From: Adineta vaga | Taxonomy: Eukaryota; Animalia; Rotifera | Length of the DNA: 64,000 bases | Direction of reading: 5' to 3' | Assembly (NCBI GenBank): GCA_021613535.1 | Contig: CP075493.1 | Span: 248,001 to 312,000 of the forward strand | In this document: in pieces, positions 13,976-28,795 of the stretch | How positions within the stretch are numbered: position 1 is the first letter of the stretch | How the letters are laid out: each line of letters starts with the position of its first letter | The notes under the pieces: model-generated | What the model was told of the DNA's origin: nothing | The model's input: only the letters and a program-made list of their open reading frames with translations | The model's database searches: none | Translations under genes and position numbers: made by a program

Positions 13976-14364
13976 AGAGCCGACCCAGAGCTAGGACACA
14001 AGTATTTGTACTTGTACTTGAAATAGACCATAATTTTAATGGAATACGTTAGTTTCGTTAAGCTTAGACCGTTTTGTATTATTCTCCAGGAGTAATCTTA
14101 AGATTCAAGTCGTATCAATGCTCTCACCATAAATTGATATACATTTCTTGTCATGCAATCAAAGTCTAGTTAACTATTAAGAGAGGGTCCGCCAGATAAG
14201 ATCCCAACTGTGTGCATATCGTGCCGCGAAAATTTTTTTTTTCGGATTTTATCTTCTAAAACGAAAGGTCTCATAGAACTATAGAAACGTCCAAAATATT
14301 AGACTTCTAGGTCCTTCCTATAAAAAACTGTGGTTAACACAAGTTTTTGAGGCTGTTTCTAGCT

Positions 14365-16189
14365 GGGCTTGTCCACACAACGCGACACTTCGGCCATTAA
14401 GTATTTTATTCAGAGTTGAAACCGAACGCATACATCATTTTTTAGCGCATATCCGAAAGCGTCAGAAAATGTATTTTGTTTTTCAAAAAAGTGTGATTTT
14501 TGATCTTGCCAGATACAGATTAGAATTCTTAGTCATTAGGTCATTTATAACACATTTTTATGCTATACTTTCGAATCCATCGAACATATAGAGAATGAGT
14601 TCTAGAGTTGGTCTACCAAATATTTTCTAAACTATAAAGTGATGCCCTTCACATCCCAAAAGAACCAACTTCTGCTCTTTGTTTGAAGTCAAGAAATCAC
14701 TGAAACAATACTTGATCAATTTCACTGTCACAGTGTTACGAAAAGATCGGATTTTAAAATTTTAACCAACCATTTAGAAAATACCGGTAAACAAACTAGT
14801 GGACTATTGCTAACTTTTCACGGTGATTCTCATGGACTGCTTTTTTCTTTAAAATAATGCTTTTAAAGAGAGATATACGTAACGTTGTGACAAAAACTTA
14901 ATTTTTTAAGTCGTGATTGGGATGCTTTTTTGGACGATTTTTTCAATGTTATCAGCATCAAACATACACGAAACAGGATTTAAGCTGATTTTCAACCTTT
15001 ATTTTATGGATTAAATGACAAATTATCTTTGAACTCGTTTTTCGATTCTACTATTCGATATATCAATCTTTTATTTGTTTACAATATGATAACTTATATA
15101 GGCCCAGCATGAAATACTATATAAGATAATACTTAATATATTTTGTAACGACAACAACGTCGTCCGAAAGGAAAAGAAGACATATTGAATGATTGGATTG
15201 AGTGATATAGACGGCTAAAGAATTTTGAAAAATCAAATAGCTAACTGTTTTTTTCATTCCTGTCGCTATTTTGATTGGTCCATGAGAGATATATAAGTAG
15301 ACGAAGAGAATATATTCACTCAATTTCATCTTACACAAGACTAACTAATTAGAAAAATTCGAAGTATAATTATACGTTTTCATTTATCAAATCAATATTT
15401 TTCTTACTTTCTTATTTCTAACATGGCTATGACAAATGCTGAAAGAATGAAAAAGTATCGAGAAAAATTAAAACAAAATAAAGTTAGACTCGATGAAGTC
15501 AAAGCCAAAAATCGTCATCGATACCAATCAAGAAAAGCAAAATTAACTGGAGCTGGTTTAACTGGATTTCGCAACAACAACAAAACTCGTCAACTAAAAT
15601 GTCGTGAAAATAAAAAAAAGCGTTTACTCAACAATCCATCCTCATCGTCATTTAAAAGTCGTCAATCATTTGGTAAATCAATGAAAAAGTCAATTCATCA
15701 CTTCCAAAATGCGACAAGAAAAAGAAAATTATCGTTCAACATCTTGCTGAAAAGTTTGGTTTAGTTCCTAAACCAACACATCAACGAACCAGTCTTCAAC
15801 TCACTGATCAATTGAAAAATACCGTTCACAATTTTTATCTACGAGATGACATTTCATATCAACTTCCAGGTAAGAAAGATTCAATTGTTATTAAAGAGAG
15901 TGACGGAAGCAAAGTATCTTATCAAAAACGAATTTTGTTAAGTAGTTTACGTGAAAATTACGAATTATTTAAAGAGGAGAATCCTAATGTTGATTTGAGC
16001 CGTTCATCATTTGCTGACTTACGACCTCCTTTTGTTACTTTGAAAGTTGCTTTAGCACATCGAAATTGTTTGTGTTTATATCACGAAAATCTTTGTCTAC
16101 TTTTGAAATCGCTTGATAAATATGTTGATGGAAAATATTGTTCATCATTGAACAATTTCATTGATTGTTTAGTATGTAGTAGTAATAAT
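14365..16189 (+). mobile_element. Left part of a Sola2-like transposon inserted in the Sola3 left TIR
   Basis: TIR similarity stops abruptly at AGCT|GGGCTTGTCC (a GRG terminus) and a different transposase N-terminus follows. Confidence 0.6.
15423..16189 (+). pseudogene. Sola2-like transposase, N-terminal fragment
   Basis: MTNAERMKKYRE, DDISYQLPGKKD, QKRILL, SFADLRP and CLCLYHEN motifs; frameshift near 15690; cut off by the hAT end at 16190. Confidence 0.7.
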
Positions 16190-19100
16190 CAGTGACTGGA
16201 TACTAGGTACAGTACCTTGTACTTTTTGTACTTTTTACTCAAAAAGTTTGTGTACTTAGTACATTTTTCTAGTATATGGACTTATAACAAGTATTTATAC
16301 TTTGTACTAAATACTCATACTTAAGTACAATTACTTTAGTACAATGTACTTTAGTACTGGTACTACAGTACATGTGTACTGAGTACGGTACTTAGTACTT
16401 CGTAGAAGTACATTTCGTTAATCTTTTGATTTTTCATAATTTTTTAAAATCCATTCATGCGATAGAATTGCAAAATCTTTTAGAGCATTATATAAGAAGG
16501 AAAAGAAATATCAGAGAGAAGAACCAAATTTTTTATTAGTATGAGAAATCAACAGTCAACAAATATCCTCTTTATAAAACAAAAAATAACAACAATTAAC
16601 TAAAATAAAATATAAAACAATAGAAGAACAATTCATCAAAAGAACGAACAAAGCATAATTGCTTTATAATAAAATCTTATTGACGCGTAAAAAAACAAGA
16701 TCTCGAAATAGCTGTTCGTTCATGTTGGTTCTTCGTGGAGACAAAATAAATCCTGCACATGAAAATACACGTTCAATTGGTGCGGATGACGCTTGAACTG
16801 AAAAAATTTTCATTACTAAATTTTTGAGTACCTTCAGTTGTGAATAAGACCAATAGAGAGAAAATTTCGCTCGTAATGGATCATTAAGATAAGCATCTAA
16901 TTCAATAGCTGGATCAAGTGTTTTCAATTCATTTGAGTTATTAATACTATTTCCATAATCAAATAATTTTCGTCGTTTGACTTTTGGAGAAGAATCATCA
17001 AGTGCTGTTGCTGAAGCTTTAATTGTATTGAATTTCACTTTCGATTGAAGTATATCTTTATTAATCTCATTAATAATCAAACCAAGTATACTTTCTTTTA
17101 AACGAGTTTCGGCTTGTGCAGATAATCTTAGATCTTGTATCCAATAAAATCGAAACGACGGATCCAAAACTGCTGCAATAAAATATAATGGATTACCAAA
17201 ATTCTTATAATCATCAACATCAACTAAATTCAATCGATTAATAATACCAGAAAATCTTTTATTAAGTGAGTTTTCAAGTTCTTGAACTAATTTTTTACAA
17301 AATGATAAATGATTTTTAACATCTCGTAAATGAACAAGTAAATGCACAATTGATGGAACAACTAAACTAGCGGTAACCATTTCTTCTGCTTGACATTTCA
17401 ATGTAATTTCCAAAAATGGTTCAAGAATTTCAATAAATTCTTGTAACACAATAAAATCATTATTGGAGAAGCGAATAGGATTATCCATTGTGGATGCAAT
17501 TAATTCTAAATCATCTTTGCCAACAGATAATACTGATTTAATTAATAAAAATTCACTGTTCCAGCGCGTTGCATTCATTCGATTTAAACGTTTATCTAAA
17601 TCATCAAGTAAATCAGCAATTTTAGACGACTTATGGGACGCCTTGGAAAATGCTTGACATTTACTTAATAGTTTTGGAATATATGAGGAATTTCTTAAAC
17701 CATCACGAACAGATAATTGCAGTGTATGCAAAAAAACAAGATAAACGCATGTTTAATGAATTATCATCATCATCATAATTGTTGCCAAGTTGAACATCAA
17801 CAAATGATAAATCACTAAGCTCTACATCAGCTGAAAGAAAAGAAAAATGAATAAGTTTTTTGAGATTTGATAAGGAAAAGAAAAGTTTAAATGCTACCGA
17901 GCAAGTATTCGAAAACACCGCAGAATAACTTTCAAACCGTCATAGTAGATATCGATTTTTTCCCGCTTCTGTTTATATATGCATATTAATTTCTAATTCA
18001 AATAGTGTCTATATGATCAGCACATGAGCCTATTCATTTCTAAGAAATATTAAGTTTAAATTCACCTACTGCTAAAGCGTTTTTTAGAAACATAGCTTAA
18101 TTATATGTTAATGAAAACCAACTCCCTCATCTCACTACTTCAATCTTTTGTCATTAACTGTCACCAATAGTATTATAGACAGACTTTACGTACCATTAGC
18201 ATCAATCGATGTATAATTTGAGTCCGATTCAGATTCAAATTGGTCTGTTTCAGCATCTTCGCCCACCACCAATCCAAATTTATAAGCTTTAATCATCGTG
18301 GATGCATTATCGGTGACAATTTTGTATACCTTGTCTTTGATATTATAACGGTCAAGAATTTCTTCAGTAACTTAATAAATTTTGTCAGCTGTATGTGGAG
18401 ATTTAATTCGAACAAAATCAACTAAATAAGCTTGTGGTTCAGCTTTAGAATCAATAAAATGACAAGTAATGCCAATGTACGATCTGCATTTTCTATCACT
18501 CCATCCATCAACAGTTAATGTAACATAATCAACATTATTTAATGTTTCATGAAGAGTTTTATACACCTTTTCCTTGAAAAATTTAATATTTTCCGATTTC
18601 AATCTTTTCGAAGGAATTGGTTGCCATTTAATGTTACACTCATTCATAAAATCTCTAAAAGCATTATTTTCAACTATACCTAATGGTAAATTACAGTTGA
18701 TAATTAAATTTTTGGCAATAGACATGTTGATACGTTTTTGTTTCATTTTGTTTAGTGATGAATTTGTAGTAGAAAGATCAGTTGGTACATCAACATTTTC
18801 TTCAAATAAATCATTATCACCATTATTCATAGATGTTTTATATTCTTTTTTCATGTTTTCTCTTTAAATGTTTTAAAAAATTACTATAAACACCATTGTT
18901 GTCTTTGTAATCCCTTTCACACTTGAAGCAATAACCATTCAAACGACCATCAGACGTAGTTGAGAATTTAAAATATTTTTTCCAACTATCATTTTTGACC
19001 ATAATGTACCAATACAAAAGAAAGGAATCTAGTTCGATCTGAAATAAAAAGAGACTATTGTTAAAGTTCATGCGCATACATTGTTTTCTTAGTAAAGAGA

Positions 19101-19634
19101 ATACACAGATACGTCTGTTGATAATATAATTTTAAACAAACACGTTTTTATCCTGTATGTATTCTTCCTTCCATATTTTAGTTATGTATGTATGTATATA
19201 TTTATTTATTTATTTATTTCACTTATTTAATTATTATCACTTAAATTTAAATAACAATATTATTGCGCATAACAATTTATTCAAATGATTATTAAATTTT
19301 TATCTTTAATTTGTATTCCTCCTATAGATGTCACTAAGGAATGCATACAGTGAATAGCTAGAAGTAATTATTAAAGCTAAGAATGATATGTAATATAAGT
19401 ACATGTACTTAAATTGGTACTAATAGTAGTACAATGTACTGAAGTACATGTACTCAAGTACAATGTACTTTAGTACAGGTACTAAAGTACAAGGACTCTA
19501 GTACATCAGTATTTAGTACTGTACTACAGTAACTGTACTCATGTAAAATACTTGATATTCTAAGTACCGAGTATATTTGCGAAGTAAAAAGTAACTGTAC
19601 TCTAGTACCTGTACTTGTACTCGGCCGATCTCTG
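16190..19634 (-). mobile_element. Decayed hAT transposon
   Basis: CAGTGA.../...TCTCTG ends, dense AGTAC/GTACT subterminal arrays at 16200-16415 and 19395-19622, transposase inside; no TSD found. Confidence 0.85.
16664..19002 (-). pseudogene. hAT transposase pseudogene (BED finger, DDE core, dimerisation domain)
   Basis: YCFKC...LKHLKRKH, TVDGWS, TDNAS, TRWNS and SSAPIERVFS motifs; frameshifts near 18850, 18375 and 17733; intron about 18190-17832. Confidence 0.9.
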
Positions 19635-20039
19635 ATGTTCTGTAAATATTGTCTAATTTCTTTCAGTACACGTAAATATTTCTATATAATAAAGACTTCT
19701 TGTTAACACGTTTTCTTATTCACATACAATCAACAGAGAAATAATGAATGTGTATGAGTAAATGTATAATGTCGTCAGTAACTAACGATATTCATATATA
19801 TACGAATGACCACTTTCCTTACGTGGAAGTCTTCGAAAATTTAAGAAATAATGGAAATGGAAACGTCTCAGTGATAAACAAAAAAAATTTAGGAAATGGG
19901 AATTAGAAAAGTTATTCCTGCAGGACACTAGTTCGATTTTCGAAAATAAATAGACTAATTAGTCATTATTACTACGTATTGCCATATATAATTCAAATTT
20001 TATTGAAACAATATCTATAACTACAGACTTTTAATAGAT

Positions 20040-23000
20040 TGGATCTACGGCGGAAACATCGTATATCTTCCCACACCATCTGAGCCAGGATCACAGCATA
20101 GCAATTATGTACCACAGCTCGAGCATTTTACCAGTTCGCAACATCAAAATAATTTCGAAACATTTCAACAATGTCTAATTGAAACTGGATTTGCAGGTCG
20201 AATACAAAAAACTTCGTCTTTAACTACACTTACTGAACATAGCCGAAGCAACATTCAAAATCAAACATTCAAAATTATTCAACACATAATGAAGATACTT
20301 GTTGAAGATGATGCTGAAGAATTATGGAATGATATTATGGACGACTATCAATCAAATCCTAATAAAGATCAAAGGTAAAAATTGCGGCAATATTTATCCT
20401 ACTCAGAGCTGTACTTATTCATACATGAACACTTCTTTATGGAAAAATTTTAGAATAGTATTATGAGCAAAAGACTAAATGATGCTATAGAAAACTGCGT
20501 CTCTTCGAATTTTCAATATATAGGATCTAATCCAACGATATTCAAGATGGCAGCGTGTGATCTGAAGTATGCAGTCTCACACGTAAAAGCGATTATAGTT
20601 TATCTCCTTTCCTCTTTAAGAAATACATTAGATACGGGGTATAAACAGTTAGTATTTTATTTGAATTGCATTAAAGCATTTGACATTTGATTCTAGACTT
20701 ATCATCATCTAAAAGAAATATCTAGTTTACTAAAAATTATTTTTACAGTCAGTGGTGTATAAACTTTATATATGTATATTTTTTAGTGAAGTGAACAACG
20801 CTATGATATCACTTTCAAATGCTTATTTAAATACTGATTATTTCGGGACAAAACGACAAATTCTTGGGATCGTTGCGACAGATTTTTCAAGATCAACACT
20901 CAAAGCTTTTTTTCCGGGAGTCACTGATGACTTGATCAAAGAAGCTCGAAAACAAGCTTATAACAAGGGTAAATATGAAAGCGTTTTAATCATCAGAAAG
21001 TACAGTCGATCTTGTTTTAGGTCGAGGAGCACCAATTCAAAATAAAACAAAATCAATCGAACGTTATGATGAATCGAAACTTCTTCATTTTCTTGAATTT
21101 GTTCTCTCACCATCAATTACAGTAGATCTGCCGTTCGGCATTAAACATCTGAAACTTATAACTGGTGAAATTTGCAAGCCATTAGGCGATACTACTCTAT
21201 TTGAAATACTCAAAAATTGCTCTGCATCAATTAGGAAGAGTCTTGCAGGTCTTGATTCTTATTCCACGAATGGATCTAATGCATTTGACATTTTGACAAC
21301 AGTCTGTGAAGAATTAACAGCATTTCGTAAGTATTTCAACTTTTGTTTGCACGCCGTTTATTTGTCTTCTTTGTTCAAGGAGTATCTGTCGATAAAATTA
21401 GTCAATTGAAAAAGGTCTTACGTCAATGTCGAAATTATTTGAAACTAGAATATAAACTGCATACTGTCAAAAGTTCTTCAGTTGTCGATCATTGCTCAAA
21501 CTACGCGTTGTCTGATCCAAATGAAAATGACTGGTGCAGTATGTGTGACGATCACCACCACAATGATCGGTAAGCTATAATTGTATATTCTGTCTCTTGG
21601 TTAAAGTAAAAAAACGTTTTTCAAATGCATCTGATATCCTTTCAATATAGAATACAAAGGAAAACAAAAAGTAACAACTGTATATTTTGAGTGGATTCAA
21701 GCGAAAGAATGTACTCCTAAAATCACTATTGATCAAATCGAATGGATATTTTGCCACTTTGCGAGTTCATTATGTTAGTATATTTTCTCATAAGAATGCT
21801 TTGCTTCTTCTAACATTCATTTTCTTTTTCTAAATGAAAAAATCCCTTTAGATATTTGTCTTTTCGCAAAATAATGTTCAATTGTTTGTTAAATTACTCT
21901 ATCCTAAAGTATATATTTTCTCAATATTTTTCATCACCTCAGATTTAAATATTGATACAGATAGCGACCGATGATAAGTTTCCTTAGATCATCGTCATTC
22001 AATACTATATATTACTTATTTGATTGTTTAGAAAATGCGATCCCTATGTAGTTTTTGTTGAAAAAAAATCTTTTAAGCAATACACAAAACTGTTCTTCAT
22101 GATTTTAGTTGCGAAGATTGTGTACTATTAGATACAACTCTCAGCCATATTAAGTCATTGATTGATAATAATACTTATCTGTCTGATGTTCAACGTATTC
22201 GTTATCAAGCAATATACAAACGTCAATATGAATTGATACAAGAATGGAAGAATTATGAACTACGAACAGTACATCAAGAAGCTGCCAAAGACTAGGTACT
22301 CGAACAACTGGATTCAACAAGCGTAAGTAATATCTCTCTGAAGTTTATCGGATAAGTTTTTAGAAAAGTGAATCGGTGTTAACATTTGAAAGATGTTTGC
22401 CAATGTAAGTAAAACAAAATGTCCTATTGTGGTAGTAAAATATAACAAAAAATAGTCTGTATGTGGGTAGCATTGTGCGACACAACGGATGAGTATTCTA
22501 TGATATAATAATATCTAACAAATATTCTAACGAAAGCTCATTCCCTTTTAGCTACAGAAAAATAATAATTCTCACTCTCGTGTTTCATTGTGGTACAAAT
22601 ATCTTGATTCAGTCTGATTCTTTTGAAATTTCACCTGGTCAAGTCTATTTGTATCATCAATGTTACTCAAGGGAAGAAAAGTTTCGTCGAATAAAATTGC
22701 TGCCATAAAATAAATATTACTTGTTCGTCCAATCTAACATTTGTTTTCATATCACAGGCATTTTTGCAAATCGATTGGGCAATGAAATGGTTACAACTGA
22801 AGTATCGAGAATCACAAAGTGAATGGTTTGGAAAAAAAGGACTACCATGGCATTTAACACATATTATTCGTATCAAAGAAGCTACCACGACTTCCTTCTG
22901 CTAAATCATTTGAACATCGAACAATGTGCCATGTATTTAATTATTGTGGACAAAGAGGAAAAACTGTTGTCAGCATTTTGATTGACGTTCTCAAGCGCCT

Positions 23001-26000
23001 TCGGGCGGAAAATCCAAAGCTTGAGAAAGTTTATCTTAGAGGTGATAATGCAGGTTGCTACCACGGTTCTGAATTCTTATTAGCAATCAAAAAAATATAT
23101 CTTGAAACAGGTGTTTTAATACGACGTATTGATTTTTCAGAAGCACAGTCAGGTATGAAAAGATATTCAATTGCAGTGGTAAAAATAAAACAAACTGAGC
23201 ACTAATCTAATTGTTCCTAATGAAAATTAAAAAAGTGCGTGCTTGAGAACGAACCTGAATACCATTAATGAATATCATAATGACATTGAGTATACCTGCT
23301 TTCTATGAAAGAACTTCAACTAGATTTATGTTACATGCATGATGAGTCGAGTGTTCTATTGCAATATTTGACTGATAACTATTGAAATTTTGAGGATAAG
23401 TTCTCGCTAAATATGTTTTCGCTGTTATATAGTATTCATTACAGTTTCGCTAATTTCTTCTTCAGATACTTATTAGTCAGGAAAACTAAAAAAATAGTCA
23501 TATCTTTAGATTTTCTTTAAACTTGTCAAAATTCTTAGAATTAAAGTAGGAACACTTAGATTTTTGCAAGAAACTAATTTGATGCTCAATGATGAATGTT
23601 TTCTGTACTCAAGATTCTTTTTATTTTATAGGAAAAGGTCCGTGCGACCGTAAAGCTGCAGTAACCAAGGGAGAAGTACGACGACATGTAAACGAAAAAA
23701 ACGATTGCTGCAATAGTAGTCAATTTGTTACTGCAGCCAAGTCTACTCAACATCTTTCATTATTTGCCTGTCATGTCACTGATGTAAATAAGAAAAAAGT
23801 TACTCTGCCAAATATCACTAAATACAATAATATTGAATTTCAAGTTTCACCTGTTACTCATACAAAAAGTTCAACATCAATTAACAATCAAAGTCAATTA
23901 GAAATTTCAATGACAGCTTGGAGAGCATTTCAAGTTGGTGTTGGAAAAAAAGTTAAATATTCTAATCTAAAATCAACAGTCAATAGTATTGAAAAACTTG
24001 AAATTTTATCAGAACATTCAAGCAACAGTTGGAAACTGCAAAAAAAGAGCAAAGTTAGTATTCTATCATTGGAACACATACTTTTTTTAAAGAAAATTTC
24101 TATTTGAATATTTTTTCTCTACTCAATCGATCCACATTTTTTCGCTCACAAAGAGATCACATCCGCGTTAGATAAGTCAAGCTAACAAATTAAATATGGT
24201 TATCTTCAGCACTTTGAAATGTCAGAGGTAGTGCGAGTTCTATTATGTCTGACAACTTTGAATTGATCAAACATGTATGAAGAAAACTGATACATTATTA
24301 TAAGATTAGTAAAACGTTTACTTACAAATTTATCAGATCAAAGATATTACGACTAGCTTTTCCATTTGAAGATAGTTTATCAGTAGCTAATAGAATATTC
24401 ATTTATTGATATTCATTTGCTATTGATTTGATATTTTTAGGTGATGTCAATGATGATGAAGAAGAAAATGTTAACAACAGCACATCATTGGAGGAGAATG
24501 AGATGGAAGTTGGTGAACTTTCTTTGCAACCTCGTTTGTTACCTTCTGGTTTTTATCTATTTGACTGTACTCATCCAAAATGTGTAAAACAATTTCGACG
24601 ATATTATAATCTTGAAAAAGATCTGTCAATTGGAAAACACGTTTTTATGCCAACAACAGTTCCATTACTTGATCGAGCTAAGTTACTTTACAAGGAACTT
24701 ATTGACAACGACAATAATCGTGTATCAGTTTCTCTGAATCAATTCAATAATATTATATCAACAACTATATCATCACTCGAAACCATACGTTCACAAGGAT
24801 GGGCATTACCACACAAAAAACCACCTACACACTATAATAGTGATGTAGTTAATTTCTTAGAGAGTGCATTTAATGAAGGTGTGATCACCGGTAATAAATG
24901 GGATCCTGCTACATTATCCCAGGTAGGTTATGGACAAATCAGATCAGAATGAACAATAAGAATCTCCACATCTGAGATATAGATACTAAACCTGTAAGAT
25001 CACTTATTTTATTCCAACTTTTCATTAAAATTTATTTGAGTGTATATAACGAAAGCAACTTTAGATAACTTCATATTGATGAAAAACAAATGCAGACTTT
25101 CTTAATGATAATTAAGCGACGCATATTTCTAATTTTTGAATACGGAAACGATATTGTATTATTAGAACAGGGATTGATCGAAACTTTATATCGAAGAATC
25201 CTTGTAATTGTCTAAGATAAAATATGTGATAAACAAACTTTTTCAAGCAGCATACTGCTCAATTTATCTGATAAATAATGATCTTTACTTGCACAGATTT
25301 CTTTTTGGCATATCATTCAAATAATAGCTTCCTTCGTCTTGATCGTTTAATTTTGAACGAAAAACAAGCAATTGCAGCATTTTCAGATCATAATAAATAT
25401 TAATGTTTAATTCTGTTAATAAAGATTCTATTATCTAAAGAATATATTCTGAGAAAAATTCTATTTTATCGGATGCTTTGCTTGGTTATATGCTTCAAAA
25501 GTGCTTTACTTCCTATATAATCGACAAAAGAAGTAGATTCAAAGTTTCTCGATAGGTGCAATTGATATTATTTGTCATCATCACACTTTATAAAAAAAAC
25601 TATAGACTATTAGAAGTGAATGCTGTTTAAGGAAAAACTAAAGAATGCTTCTAACAAGCATATACCTACACCCCATACAAATTCTATGTCTATTATGTGA
25701 ATAATTTTTTACTTATTTTAGGAAATGATATTTGCTGAATTAAATGGACAACCACGTTCCAATGAAAATGATTTCTTATCTCCTGAACAAATCAAAACAT
25801 ATTTTTCCAAACTAAAAGCAAAACGAAGTAAAGAAGGTAGTCAATCACAATCATCAACACAAATTCCAAGTAGCTCCAACAATAGTGTAATTGATAAAAA
25901 TACAAAGAACAACGAAATGATAGTCGACGATGACGATTTAGATAAACAAGAAATTTCAGATGAACAAATCAATGATTTTGATTCCGCAATGGAAGTCATA

Positions 26001-26060
26001 CAATATGAATATCTGCGTTCGATGGCCGAAAACATTTTTCAATCTGAAAGTAATCTGTAA
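20040..26060 (+). pseudogene. Multi-exon Sola3-like DDD transposase, inactivated
   Basis: Exon blocks near 20789-20968, 21021-21325, 21380-21569, 22110-22323, 22758-23152, 23632-24053, 24441-24922 and 25722-26060. Motifs IDWAMKW...YRESQSEWFGKKG, GDNAGCYH, DFSEAQSG|KGPCDR and a C-terminal CxxxxC. In-frame TAG near 22294 and frameshifts. Confidence 0.75.
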
Positions 26061-27639
26061 TACAAAAAAAACGTTGTTTTTTTTCGTTTGGTGTAAAAAT
26101 AAATATTCCTCTGCTACGAAAAACTATACTAGTCACAGAGATTTACACTGAAATATCTATCCTTTAGAATTCGCAAAACTTCTAATATTATTTTAATACA
26201 TATACAGATCAAAGATTATTATTTTTAGATCAAGAATGCATAGATATAGACATTTCAATATATCAATAATACATTATTTCTCGACAGATATATGCGCTTA
26301 GAATGTTTTTAAGGCAAGTTTTCTGAACAGTTATTGTATATTATTCATTTCACAATTTCGGTTTCATATTTAGGTCTGTCATTCTATTTGAAGAATATAA
26401 ACTATTCCCAATTCTTTTTTTACAAAAATAAAATTCAGATTCATATTCATATTCTTCTTTGCCTTCACAATAGTCGTTTCTCTTTTGATGTCTTATACCG
26501 ACTGCACAAATAATAAGAATATGTATCCCTAAGAAGAGTGTTGGTTATAATTCAGGTTATTATTTTTGTGACCTCGGCAGGTTCTCTAAAGCCTATGATG
26601 TCTGCAAATATTGGAGTATTATGTGTCATAGATTAACAACTACTGAATGTTGAAAACCCGATCTCGATATCTGGTACCATTCCTTAGTTATAATTAAAAC
26701 AGTAAGTCTGTACATCACATATGTAAGAATGATAGGTTCTTGAGGGTGATAACATCAAATTCTAATGAAAAATCATTAAATAACAACTTTTTTGATCGAG
26801 TTTTATATTTTAAACATGAATTTAAATCTATTTGTAAAATATATTGAAAGAGATTCTGCCATTTTTATCAATAAAATTAATTGTTGACATGTATACTTGA
26901 ATTCAGTATGGTCTACGTTCCGATGCCTTCCTATTGTTTAAGACTCATACTATCTTATACCAAAATGTTCGTTAGAACAAGCTCCATCTGTGGGGGAAAA
27001 ATCAGAATGCGATCACCTACCCAGCGGGAGAAAAATCCAAAATAGTGCTAAAAATGAAGGTAATTTTTGTCACATTTCCGTCACTTTTGGACTTATAGCG
27101 CCTTTAAAATTATGAACTATTATTATTCAAATAGCATCAATTTGTCGCTTAACATGCATTCAATCGAATGCAACGTCCCCGAGCTCAAACGGTCAACCGG
27201 TTTTTGAAATAATCCAAAAATACTGAAATACTCTCAAAATAGCAATTTTCAATAGCTAGAAATAGCCTCAAAAACTTGTGTTAACCACAGTTTTTTATAG
27301 GAAGGACCTAGAAGTCTAATATTTTGAACGTTTCTATAGTCCTATGAGACCTTTCGTTTTAGAAGATAAAATCGGGAAAAAAAATTTCCGCGGCGACGTT
27401 GGGGCCCCTTATGGCGGACTCTCTCTTAAGTGATAAAAAGATGAATTAAGAAAAATGAGATTTTACATTCTTGTAGAAAAAATGATCATTTCACAACTTC
27501 GAAAACTAGTCACATAGAGTTTTACTTTCTTCGAAAACAAAATATATACAATTAAAATAAGATTTGTTGTCAAACTTGTAGAGCTTTACAAGGTGCATCT
27601 TGTGGTATATCCTGTTTTTTAGTAAAACACATTTGGAGA

Positions 27640-27695
27640 TTAAAATATGAAATGCAAAGTATGAGCCACCGGTGGCTCACATCGCAATGAAAGGG
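27640..27695. mobile_element. piggyBac-like terminus
   Basis: ...GAGCCACCGGTGGCTCACATCGCAATGAAAGGG|TTAA, with a subterminal palindrome; partner end not found. Confidence 0.6.
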
Positions 27696-27699
27696 TTAA

Positions 27700-28105
27700 C
27701 ATAACCGTTCTCTCTAATAAATGCAATGAAAACTTTCATTCAGAAATTTCACATCATAGGAATTGGTATCAAAGGTTTTCAAGTGACATCAATATTTGTT
27801 CCCAATAACTCAATAGCAACATTGTTGATGATCACATCTAATTGACTACCGTGTTTTTCTTTTATTTGTTTAGTAATCTGAGCAATACTGTCTGCTGCTG
27901 ATGCATCCAATTCAAGAAGGTGCATGTTGGATGGGGATCCCAATTGAACAAGAGTATCTTGTCCTCGCTTTAAATCTCGACAGCCTAAAAGAATCGTATT
28001 TATTGTTTGTTCTGGTTGTTTCATAAGTTTCTTGACAACTTTGAAACCAATGCCTCTATTAGCGCCAGTGACTAGAATAACAAGTTCTTGTTTGACTACC
28101 ATCAT
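27700..28105 (-). pseudogene. Short-chain dehydrogenase/carbonyl reductase-like pseudogene
   Basis: VTGANRGIG Rossmann motif, LGCRD..RG and LDVIINN. Similarity continues past the TGA at 27779 (KTFDTN...IRENG) up to the TTAA/piggyBac junction. The catalytic YxxxK half is missing. Confidence 0.8.
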
Positions 28106-28795
28106 AATCAGCGAAGATGACTAGGAAGTAAATAAAAACGCTGTCATTATAACGATTGTTCCAGTAGAAATGTTCTTCTCAGTATTTTAACCGTAACTTT
28201 TTCACTTTTTATGATAGTATGCTAAATTTTTTTAAAGATGCTACATGAAATTCTCTACAAATCCACCTAGTCAGTTTTTCCATTTCCATGTCCAGTGAAT
28301 TTTTAGGACATGAAAAGTATAGCCTTCCAAAAAGTCGTACTTTCTAAAGTAACTTTACTGAATAATCACTAAAACCCTGTACTACACTCCAAAACCAGAT
28401 TTTGACTCCGACGCCGACGGATTTGCACTGGGCATTGAAAATAAAAATTTCGGAGTAAAAATCAGATTTCGGAATGACAAAATTTGAGTTCGCAGGGCCC
28501 TACAACTGCAGAATCAGGAATCGTCAATTTCCTGCCATGCACGACGGGATATTTATCGACGGCAGATGTGACACTTTCAAGCTTATTCCGATATAGATGT
28601 GCTATCGTTTTCTCACACATGAAATTTTCTATTTGAATATTTTCTAATCAGCATCGGGTACCCGCGCTAGTACGAAATAAAAAAAAGAAAGAAAGAGAGT
28701 CATTGAAGTAAAACGAAAGAGAAAAAAAAGAATCTGCTTTTGTCGATTCATTTCATTATTATTGTTAGCATTACATACGCTGTTTTTCTCATTTC

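Larger units (their letters stand above)
14181..27425 (+). mobile_element. Sola3-like DNA transposon, 13.2-kb composite
   Basis: TTAA|GAGAG ... CTCTC|TTAA; about 180 bp of highly similar TIR (14181-14364 vs about 27253-27425); transposase remnants inside. GAG termini with a TTAA TSD match the Sola3 description. Confidence 0.8.
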
